DNA of 64,000 nucleotides from the human T2T-CHM13v2.0 reference genome, Homo sapiens, in NCBI RefSeq assembly GCF_009914755.1, contig NC_060929.1. One strand, 5' to 3'. A model generated the notes under the pieces. That model saw only the letters and a list, made by a program, of their open reading frames with translations, searched no databases and was not told the origin of the DNA. This document shows positions 21,730 through 37,204 of the stretch, piece after piece (positions within the stretch are counted from its first letter, which is position 1; each line of letters opens with the position of its first letter). Both the position numbers and the translations under genes were made by a program.

Positions 21730-23871
21730 CCCTCCAGTGGCTTTTCTGATTCGCTTTCTGACCTAAACACACATTAGTTTAGTCCCCATGCTAAGGCCAA
21801 CACGGTCTCCAAATATCTGCTGGCTGAAGTCAGAGGCTTTGCATATCATGTATTACATGGCAGGCAATGAAGAAGGCTTCTGAGGCTGGCCGGCTCCTCA
21901 GTCCTAGGCTCCATTTTCATGCTGTTGTAATCTAATACCAGACATGGGGCAGGCACATACATTCAAAATCCCAATTCCAGAGGCGTAAGATCACTTTATC
22001 AGGAACGGGTTAGGGGAGGTTGAGCTAAACCTGCTTTTATCCAGATTTTCGAAAATGCAGATGGGAAACTTCAGCAAGCGCCCACTTGGATGCTGAGTTT
22101 CCAGCGATCAGGGGCCCGGCCCCCATTCCAGAGCTCTGTGGATGGGAGAGGTGAGACCTTCTGGGCATTCCTTTTGTTGGTTAGTTCACCACCAGAAGCT
22201 GCCTGAGCCTTCTTTTGTAGAGGACAGGAGGAGGGCAAGTCCTTACACACCCTGTGCATGGCTATAACCATAAATACATTTCATTCACATGGGGCATGGA
22301 ATTGGCTGTACCTCTAAAATAATGTACTAAATAGGGCATGTCTTTGCTAAGCAGAAACCTGTTTTCCGGAAGCCATTGGACCTGAATTCAGTGGGACCTC
22401 TTTTATTTTATTAGCTGGGGCCAGGGAAAGTGTAAACAGGCTCAGTTTACGTCCATGTACCTCTTATTTTATGACTCATCCGGTTGTTGGGGAGTATGTG
22501 TTCTTCAAGTAGCTGATACAGACAATAGGCAGGGGAAATGCGTGTGGCAGTGTGGGGGGAAGATCATGTATTATTAAACTTCTTAAAAGTCAAAGATCAG
22601 CTACTTTGCAGGTTTGTCAGTGAAGCGAGTGTGGGAGGAAAATTGTTCTTACTAACGTTGCTGTGATTTAAGATTAAGCGAAGTGAAAATCGAGTCATCA
22701 AAACATACCTTAGCTGAAATTAGGATGCTCTCTGGAGTTCTGCAGAAAATGACATTTCCCTCTTTGATAGATTTATGGTAGAAATGTAGTTAGATTCAGA
22801 AATTAGAGGGCAGAATAAGCTTAATATATTTATTGCCGTTTAGCATTGTTTTTGGAATTTGAAGACGACCCTCATCAATGTTCTTACTCTGAATGATTTC
22901 TTTATTTTTAGAGGGCTTTTTGCTGGGGATGATCAGCCCGTCCAAGCACCTGCAAATATCTAGCACTTGCTGTGTGCCAGGCAAAGTGCTAGGCCCTGGG
23001 CATTGTGCTGATTGGGCTTTTTTTTTGGGCGGGGGGCGGGGGTTGCAAGGAACAGATACCACTGAGGTTTACCCTCAGTAATGGGAATTTACTGTGGAAG
23101 GAAGGCTGACCGGAATCTCCACCATTCCGCCACGTGTCTCCGAAAAGCCTTCCGGAAAGGCCACCCAGCCAGGCCTCATGAAAACTGGATTGAAGTTCAG
23201 GAACTGGAAGGTCATTCAGGATACAGCTCTGTGACTGGGTTATCTCGCTGCCCCCTCAGCAGCAGGCATCTGCCGATCCCCACTAACGGCTTAGCCGCCA
23301 AGGTGATTCAGCTCCTCTCTCGCTGTTTTCCCCTGGGTGTCCTTTGGCTTCTGCTCCTGCTACCAACTGCTCAGCTCTCAGTTGATCTCACATTAAAACT
23401 CCTTTAGTGAAAGGATCTAGTTTGTCCTGCTAGGGATTCACCAGGGGTGAGAGTTGGACTGAGCCTTTGTATCAGTCTCCTTACAGGTTGCAAAACACCC
23501 TGTATATCCGCAGACCTGGGGGCAGGTGCCTATCCTGGGCCAATCATTCATGTCCAGGTTGTTGGCATCACAGAGTACACAGCCTGGCCACCTTTGCTTG
23601 AGATACTTCCTAGAGTTCCTCCCCACATTCCCTCCACAGAGGATGGTCCCTCAGAAGGAGGTGGGTTAATGGTAGGCACTTTGGGTTTTGACAGTCCTCT
23701 CCCAGCCCTTCAGAAACTACCACTACAGAGAGGGAGATATGCTCATGAGTATTGATGGTATAAAGTGATAAATACTCCAACAGAAGTATATATGAGACTC
23801 ATGTCCTGGAGTCTGATTTTCACATGGCCAGTGAAACACTGGGGAGATTTCAAAAAATACCCAGACCTGTA

Positions 23872-24177
23872 GGCTGGAAGTGGTGGTGGCTCACACCCGT
23901 AATCCCAGCACTTTGGGAGGCTGAGGTGGGTGGATCACTTGGGGTCAGGAGTTTGAGATCAGCCTGGCCAACATGGCGAAACCCAGTCTCTACTAAAAAT
24001 AGAAAAATTAGCTGGTTGTGGTGGTGGGCACCTGTAATCCCAGCTACTTGGGAGGTTGAGGCATGAGAATTGCTTGAACTTGAGAGGTGGAGATTACAGT
24101 GAGTAGTGATTGCACCACTGTACTCCAGCCTGGGTGACACAGTGGGACTCTGTCTCAAAAAAAAAAAAAAAAAAAAA
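23872..24177 (+). mobile_element. AluS, full length, apparently inserted into a MER5-like element
   Basis: Complete dimer with poly-A. cccagacct is repeated on both flanks. aaatcagaatctct...ctcccagg downstream is MER5-like. Confidence 0.95.
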
Positions 24178-25875
24178 GTCCCAGACCTAGGCCTTGTTCA
24201 GGGCAATTAAATCAGAATCTCTTGAAGGGTGGAGCTCAGGAGTTGATTTTTCAGATGCTCCCAGGTTAGTGAATTGGCTTTATCTTTTCCCAGTGGTTGC
24301 AATCATCTTATGATTCTTTTTGAAAGCAAAATGAAGAAGCCCTATTTTGATAGGTTCTAAGACTAAGACTCTTCCAAAACATTAAATTCCTTTCAAAATA
24401 CAAAGTATCTTAAAACAGTAATATAAAGGAAAATGTTAAATTTAATTTAGAATTAAAGCAAATATTTCTAATTTTGAAAGAACATTTATTTACATGGCTA
24501 CAGCATACAGATGAATTCAGCAAAAGTTCCTTCTGAAGTGACTGCCTTGAATAGAGTTAAGATGGGAAGCAAACATTTGGTGTCTTGGGAACAAGGGGAT
24601 GGCCTGATGTCACAGTCTCACGCCCCCATAAGCTGAAAGTAGGGAGCCCCACAGCTCCGAGGCTCCAGCTTCTCTGTTCTCAAGGAAACGGAATAGTTTG
24701 ATTTGAAGCTGTTCCTCAGCGAAGTCCAGAAGGGAAGAATTTGCAGCACCGACTCTGCTCTCAATAGGCAGAACATCCTCTGATAAAGCAACAACAGCAA
24801 CATACTGCTAAGGATTCTCACATTGTCCCCAGATCTCAGCTTTTTATCTAGGAAGCCCTGCCTGAGAATCAGAGAGAACAAACATTGTTCAAGCCTCCCA
24901 TCTCCTCTTTGAGAAAAAAGGTTCGAAGCCCTGCTAATTTCCTATTTCATCGCTATCGTCCTCTTCACTGGGATTTCTTGTGAGTCTCTAACTGAAAGTT
25001 GTCTAAATGATCGGTGCAATTTGTGCCCAAGGATCTTACAGTCCTTGGGAAGAGAAAACACAACCATAAAATGATGAAAAATAATACAGGGTATTATAAG
25101 GTTATGGAACTCAAACTAGCCCTTGATTGGAGTAAGTAAGCAGAGAGGAGGTGGGGGTGAGGGGACATTCCAGGCTGGCTGAAAGGGTCGCTGGAGGAGA
25201 CTGGATGCTAGGTACTGCCACATTCTTGCTCAGCCTCTGTGGCCCTGTAGGGCTGCAGCCTGTAGACGTGATGGGGTGGGTGGGTCAGCTTTTGGCCATT
25301 CACAGAGTCCTTGGCGAGCTCCCAGTGGGGCTTTGCAGCTGCTTTGACTATGAGGGCCAGGACCCCGGTCCCTGGACTGCCTCATAACTTGGGTCGTGAG
25401 GACTGAAACAGAATCCATCACTTAAGCAGAGCAATTTCCTTTTCAAAGTCACAGCTTTATTGGACTGCGATTTGTTCCATGCTTGCTTGCTTTTTAACAG
25501 CCATTTTCACGAATGATCCTATTACTCATGAAGGAAAGATAGATTTGCCTTCAGACCACTTAAAAAAAAGTGAAAAGAAAAAAAGAAAGGGGAAAAATTC
25601 ACTGTAATGGCCTTTTTGCAAGTAGTGGGAAGTGACAAATTCTTTGGAGTAAATCGTTTCTCATAAGAAATCAATCCTGACATTGGCAAGGGAGATTTAT
25701 CAGTGATTTCCAGCAGTTTCTTTCATTAGGATCAAATTGTCTCATTGTCCACTAATTTTGTTTTTGGCTCTTGAAATTACTTTGTGAAATTTCTCTTTTC
25801 CAGAGATAAAACTTCAATCAGGTGAGAGTGTTGCGGCAGACTTTCTTACTATGCAAATGGTCTGATGGCTTAGGT

Positions 25876-26133
25876 CTGGGGTTAGCAAACATTTTCTGTA
25901 AAGATAGTAAATATTTTAGGCTTTGCAGGCATACTGTCTCTGTTGCAACTTCTCAACTCTAGCCTTGTGTTGCAAGAGCACCCATAGATGATATGTAAAT
26001 GATAATATAATTTTTTCCATGTTATGAAATACTTTTTTGATTTTTAAATGTAAAAACCATTCTTAGCTCATGGACCATACAAAAGCAGGCAGTGGACAAG
26101 ATTTGACGCAAGGGCTATGATTTGCCGACTCCA
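25876..26133 (+). mobile_element. MER58 (hAT-Charlie MITE), internally deleted
   Basis: ggggttagcaaacattttctgtaaag...atattttaggctttg ... gatttgccgactcc, with terminal inverted repeats. Confidence 0.8.
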
Positions 26134-26810
26134 GTATAGGTTAAAGTTATCACTTTGATGAGACTTATCAGTTCCAGAATTGGAAGGGACCTGAGACTTC
26201 TAGTCCAAGCTCCTCATCTTACAAGGGGAGAAAATGGAGGCAGAGAGTGGTTAAGTGACTTACCCAAGGCCACTCTGACAGTCTTACCATCCAAGTAAGT
26301 GTGCTATACAATTATTTCACTGGTTTTATATGTGTGTGTGTGTGTGTGTATGGAAGGGGGCACACGGGGAGTGTTCTGTCACCTTTCAAATTGTGATTTA
26401 GTATATTTTATTGAGGCAAGAAATGAGTCAAAATTCAGATAAATCAACTGGGATCTCTATTGGGGGCAGAGGTTAATGTCAGGCTGAATGGGGAGCAGAA
26501 ATTTGAACAGAAGTTGATTGCTGCCTTTTGGAACAGCAAAACTCCCAGGCAGAGAGCAGAGCACTAAATACATTTTTTCCCCTTAAAAGGCCATGATGCT
26601 TCTGTAATTGGCTTTTAGACAGCCATCACAAAGGCACAGAGATAGATGGGGGTTGGGGGGAAGAGAGAGATTTGAGTGGGGAGTCAAGATACCAGTATCC
26701 TAATTCTTTTGTGGACCACCTAGTTCCTGTTGCACACTTTTGGAACCTTCCTAAAGAATGGGAATTCACAGTGGTCAGTTGACTCTGACAAGGATTCAGT
26801 ATTTGGACCT

Positions 26811-27331
<521 letters not shown>

Positions 27332-28879
27332 CTATGCCATATATTAATTACGTAATAAACAGACTTCAATCTAGTCTCTTCTGCTCTTACCTAAAATACA
27401 TGAATTGTTTGACTGTTTCCAAGAATGGCAACAGAGCAACATGACATCCACTCCTCTTTACTGTTACACTACCTCCTCCATTGCCTTCTCCATTTTTCCT
27501 CCATATGGGAACGCTAATTGATCAATTCATGAATCCTCAACAATTATTTATGGGTTTAATAGAAGCAAGCGGTGAATGCGAGTGTGGATTTTATGGTCCC
27601 TTGAGTGTTTCAAGCTAATACATATCTCACTGATGTAGCAGCAGGGCCAGGACTCAGGTGAAGACACTGAGTCACCTCTCTCACCTCATCCTAGTCCTGG
27701 CCCTGATTAGCAGAAACTTCAGGTTGACAGCCCCAAGTCCCACAGCCTCAAGTTGAGAGGAAGGCATGCCAGTGATCAGACAACTCAAGTTGGAGCTCTG
27801 CCCCTGAGAAGCTGTGGGAGCTTGGGAAACTTGTAGCCTCACCTATTTTTCTACCTATTTTTCTCTTCTTGCTCCTTCTCTCCCTCCCTGGGAATCTGTG
27901 TGAATAGATGAGATAATAAACCAGATTTTCTGAGTTCATAAGTTACTCCCTGGGAATAATTTATATTGCACAAATACTTTCCGGTCACTGGTGTATTATT
28001 TGGTAAATTACTGCCCTCCTGCAATGCTGTAAGTGGAACCCTAGTGACCTGAAAGAGTTAATGCCTCCCTGCAAGCAATTAACTTACTCCTGGGGCATAA
28101 TTTACACTCTAAGAGGATCTGGCGGACCATATGTGAAGCGCTTGGAATTCTTTGAGAGAAAGGCAGCTCTAGAAATGTAAAGAATTAATATTACACCAGG
28201 TGAATTTGCAGACCTTTCTTCGAGCAGTCTATCATGTAACTTCCCAGAAAAGTCCTGTAAGGTAGGTCATTGTTATCCTTTCCAGAGGCATTCTCTAGCC
28301 AATGGTAAGTCAGCAGATAATATACCCAGCATGAGGTTAGGCAATACCTATTTGTAGAATGACTTCACTATTTGAAAAATAATGGGTGAAAGATTGGGAG
28401 GTACATTTTAGAAATCTGAGTAAAAAACAAAAGCTAAAGTTAAGATAATTGTAATAAGTATCTACTTTACAATCTTGAATAGTAGGAATGTGACCTAAAT
28501 ATAATGGGTCAATTTTCTATACTAACTCAGGGACACCAACATATTAGAATGTGGCATCTGTTTCAAAGTGGTCATCTGAGAAGACTATCTATATATCCTA
28601 ATATGCACCTGTCACTTGAAACACTTTTATAACCTGCAAACACAATTGTCATCCATCCAACAAATATCATTTAGCCATCTCCCTTCATAAGGCCCTGTGT
28701 TGGCAGTTGCTGAGGGACAAAGAAAAAGTCATGAGACAGCATCTCTGTATTCAGGGATGGCAGTTCTCTGGGTTTTGAGGGTGGGGTGAATTTTGAGCAA
28801 AGATCAAACCGTCTGAAATCAATCCTAGTGAAAGAGGAGGGTTAAAACCAAGAGAAGATAATTTAGAGACTGCTCATGG

Positions 28880-29400
28880 CTCAGTGGTAAATTGCAACGA
28901 TGGCCTCAGTTCTTCACTCTTCTCTGTATCTATGCTCTTTGCTATGTGATTCTGCAGTTCCTCTTGCTAAAGTGATGGTGTCTGTTTCCCCATCCTCTGA
29001 ATCTGAAGGGGCATTGTGACTTGTCTTGGGCAGTAGAATGCAATGGTAGTGAGAGAGTGCCAGTTTTGAGCCAAGACTCACAAGGTAAACATGTGTCTGC
29101 TTCCTCTTTCAAAGCTATGCCATTGCCAGGAGAACATGCCTGGGCTAGCCTGCTGGAGGATGAGAGGCGTGTGGAACAGAGCAGTATTGCTCCATTTGTC
29201 ACAGGCAAGGTCAGTTTAGATGAGCTGAGAGCCAACTGATTTCCCCTCCACTCTTCATCCCCAGACATGTAAATGAGCCTGTAAAGATCAACAGCGCTGC
29301 CTCTTCAACCAGTCTGGAATAAGCAAGGAAGGCTTATTGTATACCCGTGGGATTTTGTGGTTGTTATGCAGCAACATTATGGCAGTAGATCACTCACACA
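28880..29400 (+). mobile_element. MLT1-family (MaLR) LTR
   Basis: gctctttgctatgtga...gtgacttgtcttgggcagtagaatg...gagaacatgcctgggctagcctgctggaggatgagag...tggttgttatgcagcaa. Confidence 0.75.
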
Positions 29401-30154
29401 GCTTGTAAACTGATTCCAAAAGAGGAACTCTCAATGCTAAACAATCACAACATTTCTGGACTAAGTGACTGGTGTCTCCAGGTGACTACCAGGAGGCTGT
29501 AACATATGTTTGGAGAATAAATGTCCCAATGTTTATTGGGCATCCTTTCTCTGTTCTACTGCACTTCATACTTATTGTATGAAATTGCTTGTATGCATAG
29601 CCATGGCTACATTAGACCAAATGTTCTGTAAGGGAAGGAACAACATTTTAAATGTTCACCTCCTTAGTATCTGGCATATAACTACTTGTTAAATGAATGA
29701 AAAAATGAAGACTCTTATTAGAAGTCACACCTTGCATTGTGTGCTTTTAGTAACTTTGGTCTACTCATGATATGCGTTGGGTGTGTAATATGTAATCTTA
29801 AAAACTTAATTAATGCAATTACTTGACAAGATTATATATGCACATTACACCTTTCAAAAGGTGCAAAGGTATTTTCAGTGATAAGTGATTGTTTCTCTCA
29901 TGCCATCTTCAAGCCATCCACTTCTCTGGTAACACAATTACCAGTTTCTTATCAATTCTCCCAGAGAATGTGTAATCATTAAAATGAAGCTATTGTCTAG
30001 GAAAGAAATAACATTTTCAGCCATTACTTTTTTATAAGTTGGCACATTTTACTATTCGTTTTCTTTTGGAGGCTGGACCAATTGGATGTAGCCCTTATGT
30101 TCTTTGCTAAAATGTTTTGAAAGCTGTTTCCCCAAGTTTGTTCCTTTAACATTT

Positions 30155-30550
30155 TTTTTAACTTTTAATTGACAAATGATAATTGTATGTATCTGTGGGG
30201 TATAACATGATGTTTTGATACATGTATACATTGTAGAATGATCAAATTAGGCTAAATAACATGCCCATCACCTCAGATACTTAACATTTCTTTGTGATGA
30301 CAGCATTTAAAATAGTTCTTTTAGCTATTTTGAAATCTACAATACATCATTATTATTAATGGTAGTCACCATGCTGTGTAATAGATCACCAACTCCTTAG
30401 CTCCAGCCAAAACTTTGAATGCTTTGACCAACGTCTCCCCTTTCCCTCCTTTTTCCTCCCTCCCGCCGCCACTCCTCCTCCCCTGGCCTCTGGTAACCAC
30501 CATTCTAGAAATTCAACTTCTATGAGTTTGACTTTTTTAGATTCCATTTT
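30155..30550 (-). mobile_element. L1MA-type 3' end
   Basis: ttttaattgacaaatgataattgtatgtatctgtggggtataacatgatgttttgatacatgtatacattg...ggtaaccaccattcta...tttttagattccat. Confidence 0.85.
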
Positions 30551-31787
30551 TGATTCAGCAACTTTCCTCAGGTTGTTTAAGGTTTAAATGCCGCTGGAAT
30601 TCATGCAGCTGTTTGTTTCTTTGCCTGTGTACTTCTATCACATGAGCTGTTAGGCCAGCCCTGGGAGCCTGGTAATTACCACAGAGCGAGGCGGCAGAGG
30701 GAGCAGATAAACTTGAAACATTGGGCTCTCCAGGTGACAAGGATCAGGAGTTCTGAACCCCTAGAAAGAACCTCTATCATGGAGAACCCAGGCTCTCTAT
30801 TCGATGACTATAGTGGGGTGAGTATAACTTGAATTTAAGACTCGTGAAAGAATCTTTGCAGACTGGCATGTTGTTTCTGTTTTACAACAATGCAAAGATT
30901 TATAAACTGGTGAAACCATGTTGGCCTGCTCTGGAATAAAGCTGGCATTGTATCTTTTAAGGCATGTTTTGGGGGTTCTATGAAGTGGCTTAAACCAAAG
31001 CCACAAGAACAAGAAAAAATTTATTTTGAGATAAATCTTCGTAGACTGCCGACTCCTAGAATTTATGTGCTAAAGATGCATACTTTATTCTTTTCTACAA
31101 TTAAGTGGTTTAAAAATATTCTTCCTCATGGTTCACTGAATTTCAGGTTCAACTAATTTTTAACAAGCACAAAATATGTACTAGGTACTCTATTAAATAT
31201 TCACATATATATTTTCTTATCTAGTGAAATGTAGTGTTCATTCAATATTATGTTAACAAAGATCAAAGCAAGAAAATGATTAAGAAATAAAATGACTTGT
31301 TTTATATCTGCTACATGGTTTGCATAATCTTAGTTTGTGTAACATGGTTGCTCATAATCTCCCTAGAGTGTCTTTTGTGGGTTTGATACCAGATTTAGCA
31401 TGATTCATTTACATTCAGATGATGGCAAATCTCAGAGAAGAAAAACTGCAGCAGAGCATACATGGGATGTGAGTTTTTTTCTTTTTGATTGAGGGACTGT
31501 TTCATCAAAACATTGTTTCAAACAGATGTGTTCTAGTGTTTACTGAAAGGAGAATTCAAGCCAGACTGATTAATTAGCAGTTAGTCAAGCCATTTCCCTG
31601 CTCCTATCTGGGTAGTCTAGGGATTATGAAGCTGTCAGTAGGTTATAGTCAGACAATGGAAAAAAATGACAAACAGCAACTAAACCTCAGATCACCATGC
31701 TAGGGTGTAAAATACGGTGTTCTAACCACTCTGCATTGTTTTTTATTGGAGCATAAGTTTTTACGAGTGGGTGTAATAGGACTAAGG

Positions 31788-32194
31788 CAGAGGTTGGCAA
31801 ACTTTTTCTGCAAAGGGCCTAATAGTAGATATTTTAGGCTTTGTGGGCCATACAGTAGTTTACAACTACTGACTGCTTTAATGCTGTAATTGCAGCACCT
31901 ATGTAGGTGGGTCTCATTTTCAGAAAGGTCGGATTAAAAATCTAGACTTGCAAAACACAGATTAGAGGTCAAATAGTGCTGTAATTGCAGCACTAAAGCA
32001 GTCATAGACAATATGTTAACAAATGAGCATAGCTGTATTCCAATGTATCTTTACTTATGGACACTAAAATTTGAATTTCACATTTTTATGTGTCATGAAA
32101 TAGTGCTCTTTTAATTTTTTTAGCTATTTAAAAAATGCAAAAAATGTTCTTAGTTCGCCAGTTGCACATTTGGACCATAGTTTGCCAACTCCTG
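31788..32194 (+). mobile_element. MER58B-like hAT MITE carrying an internal non-MER58 insertion
   Basis: TIRs CAGAGGTTGGCAAACT / AGTTTGCCAACTCCTG. 8-bp TSD gactaagg / gactaaag (7/8). Confidence 0.85.
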
Positions 32195-32595
32195 GACTAA
32201 AGCAAAGAGTCTTGAATCAGTGTTAGGTCTGGTTCTTTTGATTTTTTTTTACATGAGATTCATTCTTTCTAAATCTGTTTCTGTATTTGTAAAAATGATG
32301 GATAATAATAGTTGCACTTATCTCTTCCCAGGATTGTTGGCAGGATTAAATAAAATAATGGCTTTAAAAGTATTTTGAAGAATGTGAAGTGCCATGCTGA
32401 CATAAGATATTGATTATATTATTATTTGTGTCAGGAATGTGTTTGGTATAAGTAGCCCAGAGCTCGATTAACAACTGCTTAAGCTATAAAGACATTTGTA
32501 GTTCACTTACCTGGATGTACCAGTTCCCAGGGTTGGTGTAGTGGCTTGATGATGTCATTAAAGACCTGATGCTGCTGATGTCCCTGTGTTGGTGA

Positions 32596-33018
<423 letters not shown>

Positions 33019-34259
33019 TAGTCCTCTCCGATTAAGAGAGGAAAATCCTTCCTAGCATCCCCCTAGTAGGCTTCCCTTCACATACCATTGGTCAAAACTG
33101 GTTCACGTGCCTGTCCTAGACCAATCACTGGTGAAAGGAAGGAGGATTGATGTGCCTGGCTTGTAGACTAACCATGAATCAGCTTCTGGGACTGGGCACA
33201 ATGCTGCCTGGACAGTTGGGGTTCTGCTAGCGAGGAAGAGGGAGGAGAAACTAATGATGTCATCACATTATTATTTTTTCCACCTATTACAAGTTGTGTG
33301 TCTGGCATCAGGTTGGGTGAAGAGTTGATGAGCTAATTTCCTGTGAATACTCTAGGTGCCATACAAGCTGTCCACATGGGCACATAACAGGCAAAGACCA
33401 TGGTAGTCGGCTGGCAGGGTCAGGCTGCGAGTTGAGGCTGCATCAGGATGGAATCGACAATCAACCAGTACCCATCTCAGAAGGAAGCAGAAGAAGGGAG
33501 GAATCTGAAGGTCATCTGCATGTGGCTTCTGGAACATACTAGAGAGAACCAGTTTAATCCTCAAATATTCCACATGATAATAACATGCTCCACAGTCATT
33601 TTTCTGGGGAATCTCGTCATTGTAAAATCCAGAACTGTAGGTGCCTATATAGGTGGGTCTCATTTTCAGAAAGGTCGGATTAAAAATCTAGACCTGCAAA
33701 ACACAGATTAGAGGTCAAATAGTCTGAAGTTTAAACTATTCTTCATTTTATGGAATAATTTATCTTAACATTTGTTTAGTGACATGATTGGTGCACTTTA
33801 AATGATTTTGTTGATGAATATATGATTTCCACATAGTTTATATAGTGTGTGTATACACACACATGCACACACCTATTGCATTGTATTGAGTTAGGTAGAC
33901 CTATAAATTGATTAATTGAAAAATCATGAATAAAATCATCCTTTAGAATAAAATGTGCACTAATATGAACTTAATTAAACATCTCAGAGTTTTAGGGTAC
34001 CATAGCAAATGACATTTCCCAAATAATTAAATACCTATTCCAAAAATGAAGTTATACACAAATTATACACTCTGTTCATACAGGTCAAATATTCAATGCA
34101 TATATTCCCACATTGTGTAGGATATTGAACCAAAGGTCCCTCAAAACTCTAAGATTCTTTTATTATATAAGTGCCATTTGACCTTGAAGTTTTCTGTTTT
34201 CCTTAAATACTGCAACTTTATGATTACGGTAGAATTATCTTTATATCCAAGTTCCAAGC

Positions 34260-34600
34260 TCATAGCTCACAGTTCATTCATTCACCTATTCATTTATTTG
34301 TTCATTCATTTTTTAAGCTCGTATGTGGTCCCACTCTCATGGAATTTATGGCCTAGAAGAGATGAACGTTAAACATGTGTGTAATCATACTGATGAATAC
34401 ATAACCCCATGTAGCTTAGTGATCTGAAGAAAGGAACACTACACTATGTAAGGACATAATGAAGGAACCTGATCTTGACTGGCGATCAGAGAAAGCTTCT
34501 CTGAGGAAGCAATGCTTGAGCCGAGAACCAACATGTGAATAGGAGTTAATTAGATGAAAGACTATAAGTGAATTGGAAAGAGCATTCCTAAGAGAGGTAC
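34260..34600 (-). mobile_element. L2 fragment
   Basis: (TTCA)n-like tail, then atcagagaaagcttctctgaggaagcaatgcttgagccgaga. Confidence 0.6.
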
Positions 34601-34619
34601 AGTGCGTGTGTTAGCCTAC

Positions 34620-34708
34620 TCATCTGTCCGTCTGTCCATCCATGCATCCAAGCATCTGTGCATCCATCCATCCATCCATCCATCCATCCATCCATCCATC
34701 CATCCATC
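34620..34708. repeat. (CCAT)n tetranucleotide microsatellite
   Basis: Direct reading. Confidence 0.95.
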
Positions 34709-35919
34709 TAGTTTTACAAAACAGTACAGTACCAAGTGATCACAGAGATGCAAACAAGTAGAAATCATCTGTGTTTTCTAAGTCTGTAAGTCCATTTGGA
34801 AAGACTAGAGAAGTACACTGGTAAAAAAAAAATTCTTAGAAAATGTTCAGAGGCTATTTTAAGTAACAGTAGATGTGAGGCAATTTCAGCAGTTGCTCTC
34901 ATTCTTATGGGAATGGGATTTGCAGCTCTCCTGGGTATCGACCTCACTCTACTTTTTCCCCATGAGAAGGGTGCAGAGTGTAGAGGATAAGACTCAGGTG
35001 CTAGCAGCATAACCATGCTTCCATGGGAACTGCAATTTGCCATTAAACAAATGAAGAAAAATCTTGCATTAACAAAGGAATTTGTTTAATTTGACAATGA
35101 ATTACTTTTTTTCTAGTGCTTTTAGGATTAACCAAAAAGCAAAATTCTTTTTTTTAAAAAATGGGATTTAAATTAGTATCTATTCTACATAGACTTAATC
35201 ATCTCATTGTGACTTCCCTGAATATGGTTGCTTATATCGAAATCGGGGTAGTTTGGGGCTCACTTGTAGCGATTAGCAAATTATCCATTTGCATTTCTTA
35301 TCAGGTTAATGGTAAATGTTCCACTGAGTTCACAGAATCTTGGCATTAAATTTATAAGTGGAATTGAGCTTAGAGGTCAATCAATCTAGTATAACTCTCA
35401 TTTTACACAAGAAGAAATTGAAAGCCAAATAGGTTAAGTGACTTGTTCAAGCCACTTAAAAATTTATGTCCCAATTCACTCCATAGACTTTTGTGATGGC
35501 TGTATAAGTAAACACTGGATCTAGGATCTTCTAACTCTAGGTTCAGTATAAGGGGCTTTGGAGTGTAATTCTCTGCACTCAAATCCCTGCCATTTACTAG
35601 TCTTGTGACTTTGGAAAAATTATTTACAGTCTTATCATCTATAAAAGAGGATAATAATTGTACCCCTGTCACTGTATTGTGAAGACTAAAATGCGTGAGA
35701 AGAGCCACGCTTGCAGTAAATGCTCAGTAAGTGCTTTGCCATGTGTCTTGCTTTGGTCAATAGGAAGGACGGAAGTGACTGTGTGTCAGTTTTGAGTGAG
35801 ACTTCAATAGGCATGGCAAGTTTCTTCTGCCCTTTTGTGCTCCTGGACTCAACCATGTCCTGGGAAGTCACTCATCTTAGAGAAAAGAGACATGAAACAA
35901 ATCTGAACTATTATGACTG

Positions 35920-36170
35920 ATGTCACCATGAACATTCTTGAACAAGTCTTTTTTTTGTGGACATATACATTCATTTTCTTCAAGTATTAACCTAGGAGTG
36001 GAATTACATTAAAAGGGGCCAAACAGTTTTCCAAAGTGGTTGTACCATTCTGTACTCTCACCAGCAATGTATGAGGGGCCCAGTTGCTCTACATCCTCAC
36101 CAGTGCTTAATATTGTCAGTCTTTTTAATTTTATCCACTGTGGTGGGTGTTTGATTGTATCTCATTGTTG
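35920..36170 (-). mobile_element. L1M fragment
   Basis: ttttccaaagtggttgtaccattctgtactctcaccagcaatgtatgagg...ttgtatctcattgt. Confidence 0.8.
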
Positions 36171-37204
36171 GTAGCCTACTGAGTTGAAAAAAGTTTCTTG
36201 TTTATTTGAAGATTTCTAATACTAGCTTCTAGGTCCTCCGTTTCACCCTCAAGGAGGGCTGCATGAAGTTTGACTAAGCCCAGACCCAGTCTTGTCACTC
36301 AGCCTTCCTGGTCTATGCTACCAATTGAAATTAGCCAGGCCAAGTAGCACATAGCCCAGAAACACCCAGCCAGTTCACTGGGTATTTATTGAACCTCCCA
36401 GGTGGCTTAGAGGCCACTGCTTAGAGGCCAAAGCTCAGCTCTCCTAAGTGGCAAATGTATCTGTGAATGTGATGTAGAGGTATTGAAGATCTTTCCTATA
36501 CTTTCCATGTATTTAATGAACAGCAAAAATTCTTACATTTTGGTAGACTAAAATCACATTGTTCTTTTGTAGCTCACAGAGGAAAAGCCTACTCAGGACT
36601 TTGCCTGGGATGGACAGCGTGGAGATGTTATGGTAGTTGCTACAATAAACTTTCTAAATCTTTTGTCTTTCTGGTCCCCTTTCTACTTTCTATTTCTACT
36701 TTCCCCTTCTTCCTGTTTTCTCTCTTCTTTTTCTCCTCCCCTCCCTTTTTATTTCTTCTTCCTGGTTCTTCTTTCATCAGCTGAACAAGAGTTTAACAAA
36801 CATCTGAACACATACAAAATCATCAGAAAAACGCAAGTTTCTGGAACATCGATATATGCCCTAATCTTTTCTGAATTTAATGTAGAACTGATTTATATCA
36901 TATGGAATTTTAATATGTATATTACTGATTTCTACTTTGTCTTGTTATTATTACTTCCTATAGTTCTTTCCACATTTCTAGATAACCCTAATAATTGTGA
37001 TTCTTAATGGCAATAGAGTAGTTCATTGCATTATCACACCAGCCTGCTGAGCCATTTCACCAAACCAATATGCAATATTCTGTTGTATGAATGTAGCCAT
37101 ATTTATTTGACCCATTCCCTTTTATTAGACATTTATGTTACTTTCAGTTTGTAGTATTAATAATAATGCTACAGAAAACATCTATAAAACATAAAAACAC
37201 TTTA

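Larger units (their letters stand above)
19200..21730. promoter_or_regulatory. CpG island over GDNF exon 1/promoter
   Basis: Very high GC content, dense CpG and GC boxes, in contrast with the CpG-depleted flanks. Confidence 0.9.

Noticed and set aside
36630-37007. Hydrophobic 125-aa ORF (similarly 44908-45282)
   Set aside because: Arises from T-rich low-complexity or transposon sequence; no exon structure.
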